A stretch of 52,997 nucleotides of DNA from Thermoplasmata archaeon (lineage in GTDB: Archaea; Thermoplasmatota; Thermoplasmata; Lutacidiplasmatales; UBA184), in the NCBI GenBank assembly GCA_030041175.1, contig JASHOK010000038.1, forward strand, positions 1 to 52,997, read 5' to 3'. The position numbers were made by a program, and so were the translations under genes. Of the stretch, positions 38,769 to 48,864 are shown in pieces (the first letter of the stretch is position 1; each line of letters opens with the position of its first letter). Under the pieces are notes generated by a model. That model saw nothing but the letters and a program-made list of their open reading frames with translations, made no database searches and had not been told where the DNA came from.

Positions 38769-39728
38769 CTACTCCTCGCCGACTCGCTGCAGCACTCTGA
38801 GAGCGGTCAGCGTGACCATCTTGCTCGGCTTGCCCGCCTTTTCGAGCGCGAATGGAACCGGGGCATGATCCGGATGCGCCGCCAACCAGCGCGCCACCGG
38901 CCCCTCGACATCGGGGTGTACGGCGTCGAGGTTCCAGCGCCCGTCGGCCCGGCGCTTCTTGCGCAGATGGGTGAGCGCGAACCTCAACCGTGGGTCGTCG
39001 CCGTAGCCCAGCGCCGTCAACATATCCAGGCCGACCAGGAGGTCATAGTAGTAGTGAATCGGGTAATGGAAACGATACCAGGGCGCGTAGCGACCGCCCT
39101 GGTGGTGCAGCTCGCGTGATAGGAAGAACTCGGCGCCGAGGTCGACAACCCTCCGCATGGCAGGGGTCCACAGCTCCCGGGGATATGCCGCAAAGGCGCT
39201 GAGCCCCTCCCACGAATCCAGGTTCCGGCCCGGGCCCCAGCAGGCCCATCCCCCCTTGGGGTTGGCATGGTCGACGATCCACTCCATGCTCCGGCGGACC
39301 CGGGGGTCCTCCGCGTACCCGAAGTGGATCAGTGCCCGGGCCATGTCTCCGACGACACAGATCTCTCCCGTCCCTCGGGAATTGCCTCCGACTCCGCCGT
39401 TGGCCAGTGGAAATCCGCGCATCCAGTACTCGCACGCGCTGCGAATCTCCGGGATCGCCCGGGTCACGCCCAGATCCGAGAGCACGAGCATCATCCAGTG
39501 CGTCGAGATGTATTTCGGCTGGTACTGGGACGTTCCCTCTACCCAGCCGCGACGGGGCCTTCGCTCCTTCCAAATGTCGTGCGCCCACCCAACCGAGAGA
39601 ATTCGCCCCTTGGCTTCCCGAACCTCCTCGTCGTGCTCTGGCCTGCCCAGCAGTCCGGTTAGGGTCAGGTAGCGGATAGAGGGTTGCGCAGGCTCCAACA
39701 GCCAGTTCAGCACCGGGGCTCGAGCCAC
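38769..39728 (-). CDS. prenyltransferase/squalene-cyclase-like alpha/alpha barrel protein of unknown function
   Basis: QW-like repeats (HANPKGGW, KRRADGRW), YQPKYISTHW, FHYPIHYYYDLL, PSKMVTL. Confidence 0.72.
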   Translation of the reverse strand: MARAPVLNWLLEPAQPSIRYLTLTGLLGRPEHDEEVREAKGRILSVGWAHDIWKERRPRRGWVEGTSQYQPKYISTHWMMLVLSDLGVTRAIPEIRSACEYWMRGFPLANGGVGGNSRGTGEICVVGDMARALIHFGYAEDPRVRRSMEWIVDHANPKGGWACWGPGRNLDSWEGLSAFAAYPRELWTPAMRRVVDLGAEFFLSRELHHQGGRYAPWYRFHYPIHYYYDLLVGLDMLTALGYGDDPRLRFALTHLRKKRRADGRWNLDAVHPDVEGPVARWLAAHPDHAPVPFALEKAGKPSKMVTLTALRVLQRVGEE

Positions 39729-39827
39729 ACCCCCGCGAAGGCCGCGGGACTACAAGCGGTTTGTCCGGTCCAGGTCGGGGAATCTCCGCTCGGCGACTCT
39801 AATCTATGGGCGTGCTCTTCGCCGCTC

Positions 39828-40640
39828 ATGCTGCAGGATCGTCCGATTACCATCCGAAGCGCCGGTCGCGACTTGGACTGCTTTCTCACGGTACCGGCAG
39901 GCACGCCGCCCGGCCGTCGCTGGCCCAGCCTCATCGTCATCCACGAGATTTTCGGACCGGACGCGCACATCCGGGACGTGGCTCGCCGCTTCGCGTCGCT
40001 AGGATACGTCACCGTGGCGCCGGATCTGTTCACGGGGGAACTGCACCATCTCCTGACCCCGGAGAACGTCGCGCTCGCGATGAAGGCGTTCTCCGACGCC
40101 CCTCCGGACCTGAGGCGGGACCCCGCGAAGCTCGCCAGCTTCGCGGCCTCGCAACCCCCCGAGCGCCGGCCGATTCTCGAGGCCTTCGGCCGGATTAGTA
40201 CTCCGACGGCGCACGAGGCCTTTGGAAAGGACCTCCGGGCCGTCGCCGACTATCTGCGGACGCTGCCCGAGGTCGACCCGGACCGGATCGGCGCGGTGGG
40301 CTTCTGTTTCGGCGGAGCGATGTCGGCACGGCTGGCGACCGCCGACCCGCGGCTCCGCGCCGGCGTGATCTTCTACGGGCAGAATCCGCCCCGCGAGCTG
40401 ATTCCCCAGATTCAGGCCCAGATGCTGGGCCTCTACGGGGAGCTGGACCCGGGCATCTCCGCCACCATCCCCGAGTTCGCCGCCGAGATGAAGGCGGCCG
40501 GCAAATCGTTCGAGTATCACATCTACCCCGGGGCGAAGCACGCCTTCTTCAACGATACTCGCCCGACCTACCACCGGGAGAGCGCGGTCGATGCGTGGGA
40601 GCGGGTGACCCGATTCTTCGGCGGGAGCCTCTCTCCCTAG
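39828..40640 (+). CDS. dienelactone hydrolase family protein
   Basis: IHEIFG, APDLF, GFCFGG nucleophile, GELD, YPGAKHAFFND. Confidence 0.93.
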   Translation: MLQDRPITIRSAGRDLDCFLTVPAGTPPGRRWPSLIVIHEIFGPDAHIRDVARRFASLGYVTVAPDLFTGELHHLLTPENVALAMKAFSDAPPDLRRDPAKLASFAASQPPERRPILEAFGRISTPTAHEAFGKDLRAVADYLRTLPEVDPDRIGAVGFCFGGAMSARLATADPRLRAGVIFYGQNPPRELIPQIQAQMLGLYGELDPGISATIPEFAAEMKAAGKSFEYHIYPGAKHAFFNDTRPTYHRESAVDAWERVTRFFGGSLSP

Positions 40641-40666
40641 CCGGGACCGAACGACCCGGGAGGGCC

Positions 40667-41488
40667 CTACTGGGCCATCCGGGGATAGAGCCGGGCCTCG
40701 ATCACGATGAGCGCCACCGTCACCCCGAAGAGGACCGTGAGATCGACCCAGAGCGGGAAGAGTCCGCTCCCATGGGGGAGCATGAGGATCCGGAGCGCGT
40801 CCACGAGGTAGGTGAGTGGATTGCCGAGCGCGAAGGCGCGCAGCCAGGCCGGCATGATCGACAGCGGATAGATCGCGTTGCTCGCGAAGAACAGGGGCAT
40901 CGTCAGCAGCTGGCCGATGCCCAGGAACCGCTCCTGCGTCTTGACCAGGCTTGCGATGATCATCGAGAGCGTCGAGAAGAGCGCCGAGCCGAGCACGATT
41001 GCGACGAAAACCCCGAGGAAGGACCACGGACTCGAGCTGAGCCGAACGCCGAGCGCGAGTGCCAGGATGGCGATGATCAGGGCCTGCGAGAGGCCCCGCA
41101 TGCTCGCGGAGAGTCCGCGTCCACCGACCAGGACCACGCGAGGGGCGGGGCTGACGAGGAACTTCGTGATGATGCCTAACTCTCGCTCCCGAATCGAGGC
41201 GATGCCGTAGAAGATCGCGATGAACAGCACGCTCTGGGCGAGAATGCCCGGCGTGAGGAACTGGAGGTACGTGTACGGCGCCGTGGGGATCGCGTGGATC
41301 ACGCTGAAGACGCCTCCGAAGACGACCAGCCAGAGCGCCGGCTGGACGGCCCGAAGGAGGAGCTCCGACGGGTCGTGGACCAGCTTTCGGGCCTCGTACC
41401 CGATGATCACCGCCGCCTGGCCGACGGCCGAGGAGATCCGGCCGGCCTCGCCGGCAAGGGCGTTCCTATTCGAGTCGGACAGCGACAC
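40667..41488 (-). CDS. ABC-2 permease (DrrB-like)
   Basis: QPALWLVVFG, FLTPGIL, ERELG, PLFFASNAIYP, NPLTY. Confidence 0.9.
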   Translation of the reverse strand: MSLSDSNRNALAGEAGRISSAVGQAAVIIGYEARKLVHDPSELLLRAVQPALWLVVFGGVFSVIHAIPTAPYTYLQFLTPGILAQSVLFIAIFYGIASIRERELGIITKFLVSPAPRVVLVGGRGLSASMRGLSQALIIAILALALGVRLSSSPWSFLGVFVAIVLGSALFSTLSMIIASLVKTQERFLGIGQLLTMPLFFASNAIYPLSIMPAWLRAFALGNPLTYLVDALRILMLPHGSGLFPLWVDLTVLFGVTVALIVIEARLYPRMAQ

Positions 41489-42281
41489 GGCGCGTCCTCC
41501 CGGCCTCCCGGTACCCGCCCGAGAGCTCGACTTCTTCGCCCGTGTATTTCGCGAACACATCCTCGAGCGTGGCGTCGGGACGCCCGAGGCTTTCCTTCAG
41601 CGCCGCCGGTGGACCCAGGGCCACGAGATGGCCCCGATGGAGCACGCCGACGCGCTGGCACAGCCGGTCCGCCTCCTCCATGTAGTGCGTAGTGACCACG
41701 ATCGACGTTCCGTAGTGTTCGCGGAGCCGTTCGATCTGATCCCAGACCGCATCCCGAGCTAGGGGGTCGAGCCCGACCGTCGGCTCATCCAGGAAGAGAA
41801 TCCTAGGGCGGTGCATGAGCGCCTGCGCGATCTCGAGGCGCCGGATCATGCCGCCCGAGTAGTTTCGAACGAGCTCGTTGCCGACCGCCGTCAGGCCCAT
41901 AAAGTCCAGGGCCTCCCGGATCCGCTCCCGGCGTTCCGCCCGGGGAATCTGATAGAGCCCGGCGAACACCCAGAGATTCTCGAATCCGGTGACCTGGGCA
42001 TCGGCCGAGATGAGCTGCGGGACGTAGCCGATGCTCCTCCGGACCTCCGTCGCCTGATGCACCACGTCGTAGCCGGCGACCGTCGCGCGCCCCGAGCTCG
42101 GGGGGAGCAACGTGGTCAGCATCTTGATGGTGGTCGTCTTGCCGGCACCGTTCGGGCCGATGAGCCCGAAGACCTCGCCCGGGGTTACACTGAGCGAGAG
42201 CCCATCGACTGCGGTAAAGTTGCCAAACCGTCTCGTGAGCGCGTCGGTAACCAGTACCGACGATGCGGGGGCCACTGCCAT
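41466..42281 (-). CDS. ABC ATP-binding protein (DrrA-like)
   Basis: GPNGAGKTT, YSGGMIRRLEIA, FLDEPTVGLDP, TTHYMEEAD. Confidence 0.95.
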   Translation of the reverse strand: MAVAPASSVLVTDALTRRFGNFTAVDGLSLSVTPGEVFGLIGPNGAGKTTTIKMLTTLLPPSSGRATVAGYDVVHQATEVRRSIGYVPQLISADAQVTGFENLWVFAGLYQIPRAERRERIREALDFMGLTAVGNELVRNYSGGMIRRLEIAQALMHRPRILFLDEPTVGLDPLARDAVWDQIERLREHYGTSIVVTTHYMEEADRLCQRVGVLHRGHLVALGPPAALKESLGRPDATLEDVFAKYTGEEVELSGGYREAGRTRRVAVRLE

Positions 42282-42353
42282 TTCTGCATCACTGGCTCCC
42301 CCGCATCGTCCGGAGATAATATCGGTGACCGTCCCGGGCGTGGCGGCGCCCGG

Positions 42354-43874
42354 TCACTTGGGGTCCGTCCCGGAGGGAGGGCTGCCGGACGGTCGTCCGC
42401 TCCACTCGGGGCGCGGCTGGGCCGCGGCGCCCGGGCGGGGCCGGCGGAGAACCGAGAAGACCGCGGCGATAACGAGGACCCCCGCCATCACATAGAACGC
42501 CACGTGGAGCGCATCCAGGAACGTGGTCGAGACGTTGCCGATCAATCCCTTTCCGGCCACGAAGACCTCGAAGGCCACGTACCGGGGGACGACCGCCGAA
42601 GCGATGGTGATGACCAGGGCGTAGCTCCCGATCGTGCCGGCATTGGTCAACGTCCGGAGCAGGCCCGAAATCGTTCCGTAGTGCTGCGGGGGGGCATCGG
42701 CCATCACCGCCTTGTTGTTCGACGGCCAGAAGAGCGCCCCTCCAAGCCCCGTGATGACGGTAATGAGCGCGACGACCAACAGCGGCGTGGTCGTGGTGAG
42801 CTGGGCATAGAGCAGCACTCCGACGATCATCATCGCAATGCCGGCGGTGGCGAAGCGCCAGGCTCCCCATCGATCCGCCCAGTGACCCGCGCTCGGCGAC
42901 AGCCCGGCCGAGATCACGTACCCCGGAACGAGCAACAACGAGGCGTCCAGCGGCGAGAGTCCGCGGATTCCCTGCAGGTACATGATGAGCAGGAAGACCA
43001 CGGAGAGGTAGCCCAGGCTTTGGAAGAAGGAGGCCGCCAGCGATGTGGACAGTAATCGAGACCGAAACAGCGAAAGGTCCAGTGCCGGGACCTTGGTCCG
43101 ACGTTCCCAGAGGATGAAGGGGATGACCAGGAGCGCTCCGAGCACCATCAGAGCCACGTTCGTTGTCGTGGCGCCGTGCGAGGCGAAGTCCACGGCCCCG
43201 TACGTGACGAGACCCAGTATGGCACCGAGCAGCAGCATGCCGATCCAGTCGAAACGCGTTGCAATCCGCGTGCTGGGGGTGAGGTACCGGAGTCCGAGCG
43301 CGACCGCCACGATGCCGATCGGGATGTTGATGTAGAAGATGAAGCGCCAGCCGACGAACGTCGTGAGTACGCCACCCAAGGCAATCCCAAGAACCGCCCC
43401 GACGCTCCAGCCCATCGCCGTGTAGCCAAAGGCACGGCCCCGGGCGGCCGGCGGGAAGTGCTCGGAGATGATTGCGGTCCCCGTGGCGATCATGAGAGCC
43501 CCGCCGATCGCCTGGAGCGCCCGGAATCCGATGAGGGAGTCTGCCGTGGGCGCGAGTCCGCAGAGCGCAGAGCCGATCGTGAAGACGACAAATCCGAAGT
43601 TGTAGGCCCGGTTCCGGCCGACCACGTCGCCGACCCGGCCGAACTGGGTCGTCAGGACCGACGTGAGCAGCAGGTAGATCAGAATGACCCAGATGATGGA
43701 CGCCAGGCCCGCGTGCAGATCGCCGGCAATCGTCGGAAAGGCAAGGAGTACGATGGTCGTATCGACCGAGGCCATCAGCGTCCCGAGAACGACGACGAAC
43801 AGGACCCATCGGACTCCCGGCTCCATGCGGGACGGAGACCTGGTGCCAGTCGGCGTGGGCGCAGCTCCCGACAT
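42354..43874 (-). CDS. MFS transporter, DHA2 (EmrB/QacA) family
   Basis: DTTIVLLAFP, GRVGDVVGR motif A, WRFIFYINIPIG, YLQGIRGLSPL; about 14 TM. Confidence 0.92.
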   Translation of the reverse strand: MSGAAPTPTGTRSPSRMEPGVRWVLFVVVLGTLMASVDTTIVLLAFPTIAGDLHAGLASIIWVILIYLLLTSVLTTQFGRVGDVVGRNRAYNFGFVVFTIGSALCGLAPTADSLIGFRALQAIGGALMIATGTAIISEHFPPAARGRAFGYTAMGWSVGAVLGIALGGVLTTFVGWRFIFYINIPIGIVAVALGLRYLTPSTRIATRFDWIGMLLLGAILGLVTYGAVDFASHGATTTNVALMVLGALLVIPFILWERRTKVPALDLSLFRSRLLSTSLAASFFQSLGYLSVVFLLIMYLQGIRGLSPLDASLLLVPGYVISAGLSPSAGHWADRWGAWRFATAGIAMMIVGVLLYAQLTTTTPLLVVALITVITGLGGALFWPSNNKAVMADAPPQHYGTISGLLRTLTNAGTIGSYALVITIASAVVPRYVAFEVFVAGKGLIGNVSTTFLDALHVAFYVMAGVLVIAAVFSVLRRPRPGAAAQPRPEWSGRPSGSPPSGTDPK

Positions 43875-43925
43875 GCTACGAGTCGCCCCTCCGACCGATT
43901 GGGGGGTTAAGAGAGGCACCCTGCG

Positions 43926-44447
43926 CTAGAGCAACGGCGTGGTGTAGGTCCCGTTGATCCAGATCGAGGTGTCGGCGGGAAGGAAATCGGGAGTCGCAAC
44001 CAGATCGAGCACGAACGTGAATGGGCTACCATGGCCTGCGAACGTACCCGAACCGCCTTGCGCCCAGGTCTCGTTCAGGTTGTACGGGTTCCCCTGCTGG
44101 TACTCGGAAACGGCAACGTAGACGAGCGTGCCGTTGGCCTTCTGAACCGCCATCTGGGCCGAAGCATTGCTTCCGACCCAGGTCACCCACCAGTGGAAGT
44201 GGACCGTCGCCGAGGACGGGAATCCGTACGAATACTGAGTAATCCGCGCACATTCGCACGCCGGCGCGCCGAACTCGAAGGCAAACGACTTCGCGGGAGT
44301 TGTCGCGCCGGAGAGGACCCGGGCGCCAATCAGCACGACGAGCAGGACGGCGCCGACGGCCACGGCCGTCCAGAGGATCCGGTTGAGCCGCAGGCCCCGG
44401 TCGGGCGCCGGGCTGGGAGGTTCGGGGCTGGGGGGTTCGACCGTCAT
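43926..44447 (-). CDS. hypothetical membrane-anchored extracellular protein
   Basis: N-terminal TM, beta-rich aromatic domain, N-glycosylation sequons. Confidence 0.65.
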   Translation of the reverse strand: MTVEPPSPEPPSPAPDRGLRLNRILWTAVAVGAVLLVVLIGARVLSGATTPAKSFAFEFGAPACECARITQYSYGFPSSATVHFHWWVTWVGSNASAQMAVQKANGTLVYVAVSEYQQGNPYNLNETWAQGGSGTFAGHGSPFTFVLDLVATPDFLPADTSIWINGTYTTPLL

Positions 44448-44492
44448 TCCGGAACGAATAGGGTGCCCGGTAGAATTTGGCCTCTTCCGTCC

Positions 44493-44699
44493 TCAGGACT
44501 GACGGAAGTGCGCGCGGCCGAGACCGTCCTCGGAGTCGATCGGGGCCTCCCGCGTTGTGCCGGTTGACGGTGAGCATCGGGATGGCGCCGCTGATGGTGG
44601 CGACCTTCCCGGCCCTGGTTTCCTCGCCCCCGCCGGCTCGCCTCCTCCTGGCGCCCCTCCCGGGGTCCCTACGGTTCTGGACTCCGAGTCAGGGTCCAC
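44493..44699 (-). CDS. possible small disordered protein (68 aa)
   Basis: TTAATGAG TATA-like about 20 nt upstream of GTG; 8-bp hairpin over the stop codon; no recognisable motif. Confidence 0.3.
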   Translation of the reverse strand: MDPDSESRTVGTPGGAPGGGEPAGARKPGPGRSPPSAAPSRCSPSTGTTREAPIDSEDGLGRAHFRQS

Positions 44700-44795
44700 C
44701 ACCCCGCACCTCAAGCTCATTAACCCGGGCATGGCTTTTTTTCCAGCGATGGCCCGACGGTTCCCTCGCCCGCGAACGGTCGCGGGGAGGCGTCT

Positions 44796-46025
44796 GTGAA
44801 GGGCGACGCGGCCCCCACCCCTCCCTCCGGGTCGGACGACATCCATGAGGCGATCCGGATCGCCCAGGGGGCACGAACCCGCCCGCGGGTCGCGGTCGTC
44901 ATCGTCGTGGTGCTTGTACTTACGGTGGCAACCAGCGGGTGGGTTCTCGGGTGGTTCGCTCCCACGGCCCCGATCGTGAAGCCCCAAACCTGCGCCGGGC
45001 ACGTGGCCATTCTGGGAGACGGTTCGTCGGCGGCGAGCCCCGTCATGCGGACTTGGGCCGCCTTCTACAACACGAGCGTCTGCGCGCACGTGAGCTATGT
45101 CTCGTCGACAACCGGGGTCTCTGCTTTGGCTTCCAAGTCCGTGGACTTCACCGTGCTGGACGGCGCCTTGAGTCCGGAAGACAGTAGCCAGCTGGGCGCT
45201 GCGTCGGTGAGTATGCCGGTGACGCTGCAGGCCACGACCGTAGTCTATCACATCCCGGGGGTATCGTCCGGCCTGGAGCTGTCGGGCCAGCAGCTGGCCC
45301 GGATCTACCTGGGGGCCATTACGAACTGGAACAATTCGTCCATCCGAGCCCTGAATCCCGGCGTCCCACTTCCATCGAGCCTCCCGATCACGGTGTTCTA
45401 TTGCGCGACCGGGTGTAGCACCACGCTCGCGTTCACGCAGTATCTATCGAATGCGAACCAGACCTGGAACTCGACGGTCGGTACGACTGCCGCCCCGAGT
45501 TGGCCGACCGGCGTCTCCGAGCCGACGAGCGCGGCTGTAACCGCGGCGGTCAACCAAACGGCTGGCGGTATCGGTTACGGCGAACTGCCCTTCGCGCTGG
45601 CCGCGAATCTCACTTGGGCGGCTCTCCAGAACCCGGCCGGTACCTTCGTAACGCCCACCGCCGTGAACACGACGGCGGCGGCGGTGGCCTCCAACCCTGC
45701 CGTGATCCCCGAGACCGGGACGCCGTCCAACGAGTCCCTCGTGGACCAGCCCGGGAACGACACCTACCCCATCGCGACGATGTGCTACGTGGTCGTCTAC
45801 AAGGACATTGGAGTGGCCTACGGAGGTGCGCTCACCCAGAACACGGCGCAGTGGCTGGCCTCCTATGTGCTCTGGGTCACCACGGCGGCCCAGGGGAGGG
45901 GGGTACCGCTCGGCTACGCTCCCCTATCTCCGGCCCTCGTGACCTGGGACTCGGAGGTCGTGGAGCTCGTGGTCTATTACGGCCTACCGGTCCTCTCCGG
46001 AGGCGACGCGGACGGAGGGCTATGA
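44796..46025 (+). CDS. PstS-fold substrate-binding protein, membrane anchored, orphan
   Basis: LSGQQLARIYLGAITNWN, LNPGV.LP, GGIGYGE, LQNPAG.FV.P, YPIA, GYAPL. Confidence 0.85.
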   Translation: MKGDAAPTPPSGSDDIHEAIRIAQGARTRPRVAVVIVVVLVLTVATSGWVLGWFAPTAPIVKPQTCAGHVAILGDGSSAASPVMRTWAAFYNTSVCAHVSYVSSTTGVSALASKSVDFTVLDGALSPEDSSQLGAASVSMPVTLQATTVVYHIPGVSSGLELSGQQLARIYLGAITNWNNSSIRALNPGVPLPSSLPITVFYCATGCSTTLAFTQYLSNANQTWNSTVGTTAAPSWPTGVSEPTSAAVTAAVNQTAGGIGYGELPFALAANLTWAALQNPAGTFVTPTAVNTTAAAVASNPAVIPETGTPSNESLVDQPGNDTYPIATMCYVVVYKDIGVAYGGALTQNTAQWLASYVLWVTTAAQGRGVPLGYAPLSPALVTWDSEVVELVVYYGLPVLSGGDADGGL

Positions 46026-46141
46026 GACCTGGCGGCCGCGCCCGCGCGAGGAATGTATTTATGCGTACTCCCGGCGTTTACCACTGGGGAGCCGGTCCGA
46101 GCCTGCCGGCCCCATCGACGACCTGAGTACCGCGGGGAACC

Positions 46142-47926
46142 ATGGAGAGCGAGACGAGCCGGGCTCCCTGGAGTGGCCGCGGCGTGGTGCCGATGGTATT
46201 GTCGGGTTGGTTCGTGGTGGTACTCGGTCTCGTTAGCCTCTCCGGACACTTCAGTGGCGGTCCGCTGTCGGCGCTGACCCAGGCGTTGACATCGCCCGCC
46301 TTTCTCGCTGCGTCGGTCGTGGGAATGCTCGTCGCCGTCCTGGCCTGCTGGGACCGCCTTGCCCCAGCGCTCCGGGGCCCCCTCCTGGTCCAAGCCGGTG
46401 TTCTAGTCCTGCTACCGACGGCCGTCCCGGTCGCCGGATGGGCCACGTGGTCCCGCTTCCCACTCGCATTTGCCATCGTGGGGTTGTTCGTCTATCTCCT
46501 GCTCTTCGCGTACCGGAATCGCCAGATCGACCGGCCCGTGGCCAACTACCTGCTCGGGCTGGTAGGCACCCTGGCACTCGTGTCCGCCGGGCTGTTCCTG
46601 TGGAGCGCGGCCGGGACCCTCTATGGAATGGCCGCCAGCGTCGTCGCCGTGACGGGGCTACTCGTCTACGCGCTCTCCTTGTCGCCCTCGGAGGCGGGGG
46701 AGCCAGGGGTACTCTGGCAGTTCAATGCCTTCTGGACGTTCCGGCTGCTGCTCTCCGTCGTCGCGGCAGAGATTTTCTTGGGCGCTTCGCTCGACATGCA
46801 AACCTGGGGCGCTTCCTTCCTTGGAGTGGTCCCCTTCCTGCCGCTCACGGGTAGCGCTCTCGTTATCGCGGCCCACGGGGCCTACAATCTGCTCTGGTTC
46901 CTCGCCGCGACCTCGATCTCGGCGTGGTTCCTCATCCTGCTCGGGGTCTGCATGGGGGCGCTGGTCGTCCCCAAGTTCTGGACCTTGAAGCACCGGGAGC
47001 AGAAGATCCGACTCGGCCTCATGATGGGCGCCTATGCGGTGGCGGGCGTCTACATCCCCAGCATGTGGACCTCGACGCCGCTGCTGCACAATGCCGCGCT
47101 CGTGAACTGGCCCATTCTCGGCTGGGGCATGGGGCTCCGGACGGGCGGCCCCTTCGTGACGAGCTTCTTCCTCGGCGTGGTCGTCATGTATGCAGCGGTC
47201 GGTTCCCTCTCCGTCCTGTTCGGCCGGCGCGCCATCTGCTCGGTGATGTGCGGCGCCGCGATGATGTTCCAGGGCACCACGATCTCCCAGATGACCACGT
47301 TCAACCGGACATCCCGGATCGGCCGGATGTTCCTGGGGAGCCGGTTCTCCACCGCCTTCACGGTCACCTCGTCCCTGGCACTCGTCTCGCTCGTCGCGGT
47401 GTCGATTCTGCCCTACCTGCACCTGCTGAACGCCTCGAACCAGACGCTGATCCTGCCGTTCCTGTTCTACTTCGGCACGCTCTGGATCGTGATGTTCGTC
47501 TCGATCCCGTATGTCGGGAACTACAACTGCTCGACCACGGGCTTCTGCCACTGGGGCTCGCTCAGCATGCTCTTCTCGCGAGCCGGGTTCTTCCGGGTGA
47601 AGGCGAAGAACCCGAAGGTCTGCCAGAGCTGCACGACCTACGACTGCGCCAAGGCCTGCCCGGTGGCGCTGGTCGACATGCCCCTCCAGCTCCAGGCCAC
47701 GGGCGAGTTCCGCAGTGCGAAGTGCATCGGCGTGGGAGAGTGCATCGAGGCGTGTCCCTATGACAACCTCTACCTCCACGACGTTCGCCACTGGATCCGA
47801 CAGAAGCTCGGACATGGCCGGAGCTCGCACCGGCCGCTGCCGATGGTCCGGCCGTCGGCCGCCCCGGCCCCGGCGCCCGCTCCCGTCCACGCGTCCGAGT
47901 CCGGAACCGCGGCCCCGGTGCCGTGA
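46142..47926 (+). CDS. polytopic membrane protein with C-terminal 4Fe-4S domain (NapH/RdxA-like)
   Basis: More than 12 TM; GRRAICSVMC, CSTTGFC, CQSCTTYDCAKACP, CIGVGECIEACP. Confidence 0.85.
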   Translation: MESETSRAPWSGRGVVPMVLSGWFVVVLGLVSLSGHFSGGPLSALTQALTSPAFLAASVVGMLVAVLACWDRLAPALRGPLLVQAGVLVLLPTAVPVAGWATWSRFPLAFAIVGLFVYLLLFAYRNRQIDRPVANYLLGLVGTLALVSAGLFLWSAAGTLYGMAASVVAVTGLLVYALSLSPSEAGEPGVLWQFNAFWTFRLLLSVVAAEIFLGASLDMQTWGASFLGVVPFLPLTGSALVIAAHGAYNLLWFLAATSISAWFLILLGVCMGALVVPKFWTLKHREQKIRLGLMMGAYAVAGVYIPSMWTSTPLLHNAALVNWPILGWGMGLRTGGPFVTSFFLGVVVMYAAVGSLSVLFGRRAICSVMCGAAMMFQGTTISQMTTFNRTSRIGRMFLGSRFSTAFTVTSSLALVSLVAVSILPYLHLLNASNQTLILPFLFYFGTLWIVMFVSIPYVGNYNCSTTGFCHWGSLSMLFSRAGFFRVKAKNPKVCQSCTTYDCAKACPVALVDMPLQLQATGEFRSAKCIGVGECIEACPYDNLYLHDVRHWIRQKLGHGRSSHRPLPMVRPSAAPAPAPAPVHASESGTAAPVP

Positions 47927-47991
47927 CGCGACGGGCTGTCAACCCGGCGTGACTGACCCTTAATCCCCGCCGCCCGGGCTCGTCGCTGTGG

Positions 47992-48855
47992 GTGGCGGCA
48001 GTGATCGAGATCCGGTTTCACGGACGTGGGGGCCAAGGGGCGGTCGTCGCCTCCGAGCTCCTCGCGCAGGCGGCATTCCTGGACGGCAAGTGGCCCCAGA
48101 GTTTCCCATTCTTTGGGGTCGAACGGCGGGGAGCGCCGGTAACGGCGTACACTCGGATCGACACGCATCCTCTCGGAGTGCGTACCTCGATCACGACCCC
48201 CGACGTGGTCGTGGTCCTCGAGCCGAGCCTGCTCCGTACCCAACCGGTGACGGACGGACTTCGCGACGGCGGTCTCCTGCTGGTGAATTCTTCCCATCCG
48301 GCGGAAGAACTCGTCCTGCCCGCCGGCGGGCGACGGGCGGCCGTCGACGCCAACCGGATCGCCGTGACGCACGGGCTCGGGAGCCTGACGATGCCGATCG
48401 TGAACACGGCCATGCTCGGCGCGCTGGCCGCCGTCACGGACGTGGTGTCGATGGAGGCGCTGGACCGTGCGATCCAGGAATTCGTGCCCGCTCGTCGGCC
48501 CGAGAACCAGGCCGCGGCCTCCGACGGTTATCACGATGTGCGCGTGGTGGGGGGGACGCTCCCCTTCACCCCATCGGTCCCCCGGGCAGCGGCCGCCACC
48601 CTGCCCCTTCCCGAGGGACCGATGGCCTCGGAGTCCAGCGAGCGGTATCACACCGCGGACTGGCGCACGCTGCGGCCGGTGATCCACCTGGAGAAGTGCA
48701 CCCGGTGCAACTTCTGCTGGAAGTTCTGCCCGGACGATGCGTTCAGCTTCGACGCCGAGGGATACCCGGTGCTGCGGACCGACTATTGCAAGGGCTGCGG
48801 CATCTGCGCGGTGGAGTGCCCACCCCGTGCGATCGAGATGGTAGAGGAGGCCTAG
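47992..48855 (+). CDS. porC: 2-oxoacid:ferredoxin oxidoreductase fused gamma-delta subunit
   Basis: [28 protein letters not shown], then WRTLRP with [12 protein letters not shown] and [12 protein letters not shown]. Confidence 0.93.
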
Positions 48856-48864
48856 GAGAGGTCC

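Noticed and set aside
44460-44720. Possible SRP RNA or RNase P RNA (GC-rich, CCAGGGCCGGGAAGG on the minus strand)
   Set aside because: The SRP helix-8 AGCA motif and RNase P conserved boxes are absent; a weak small ORF explains the region equally well.
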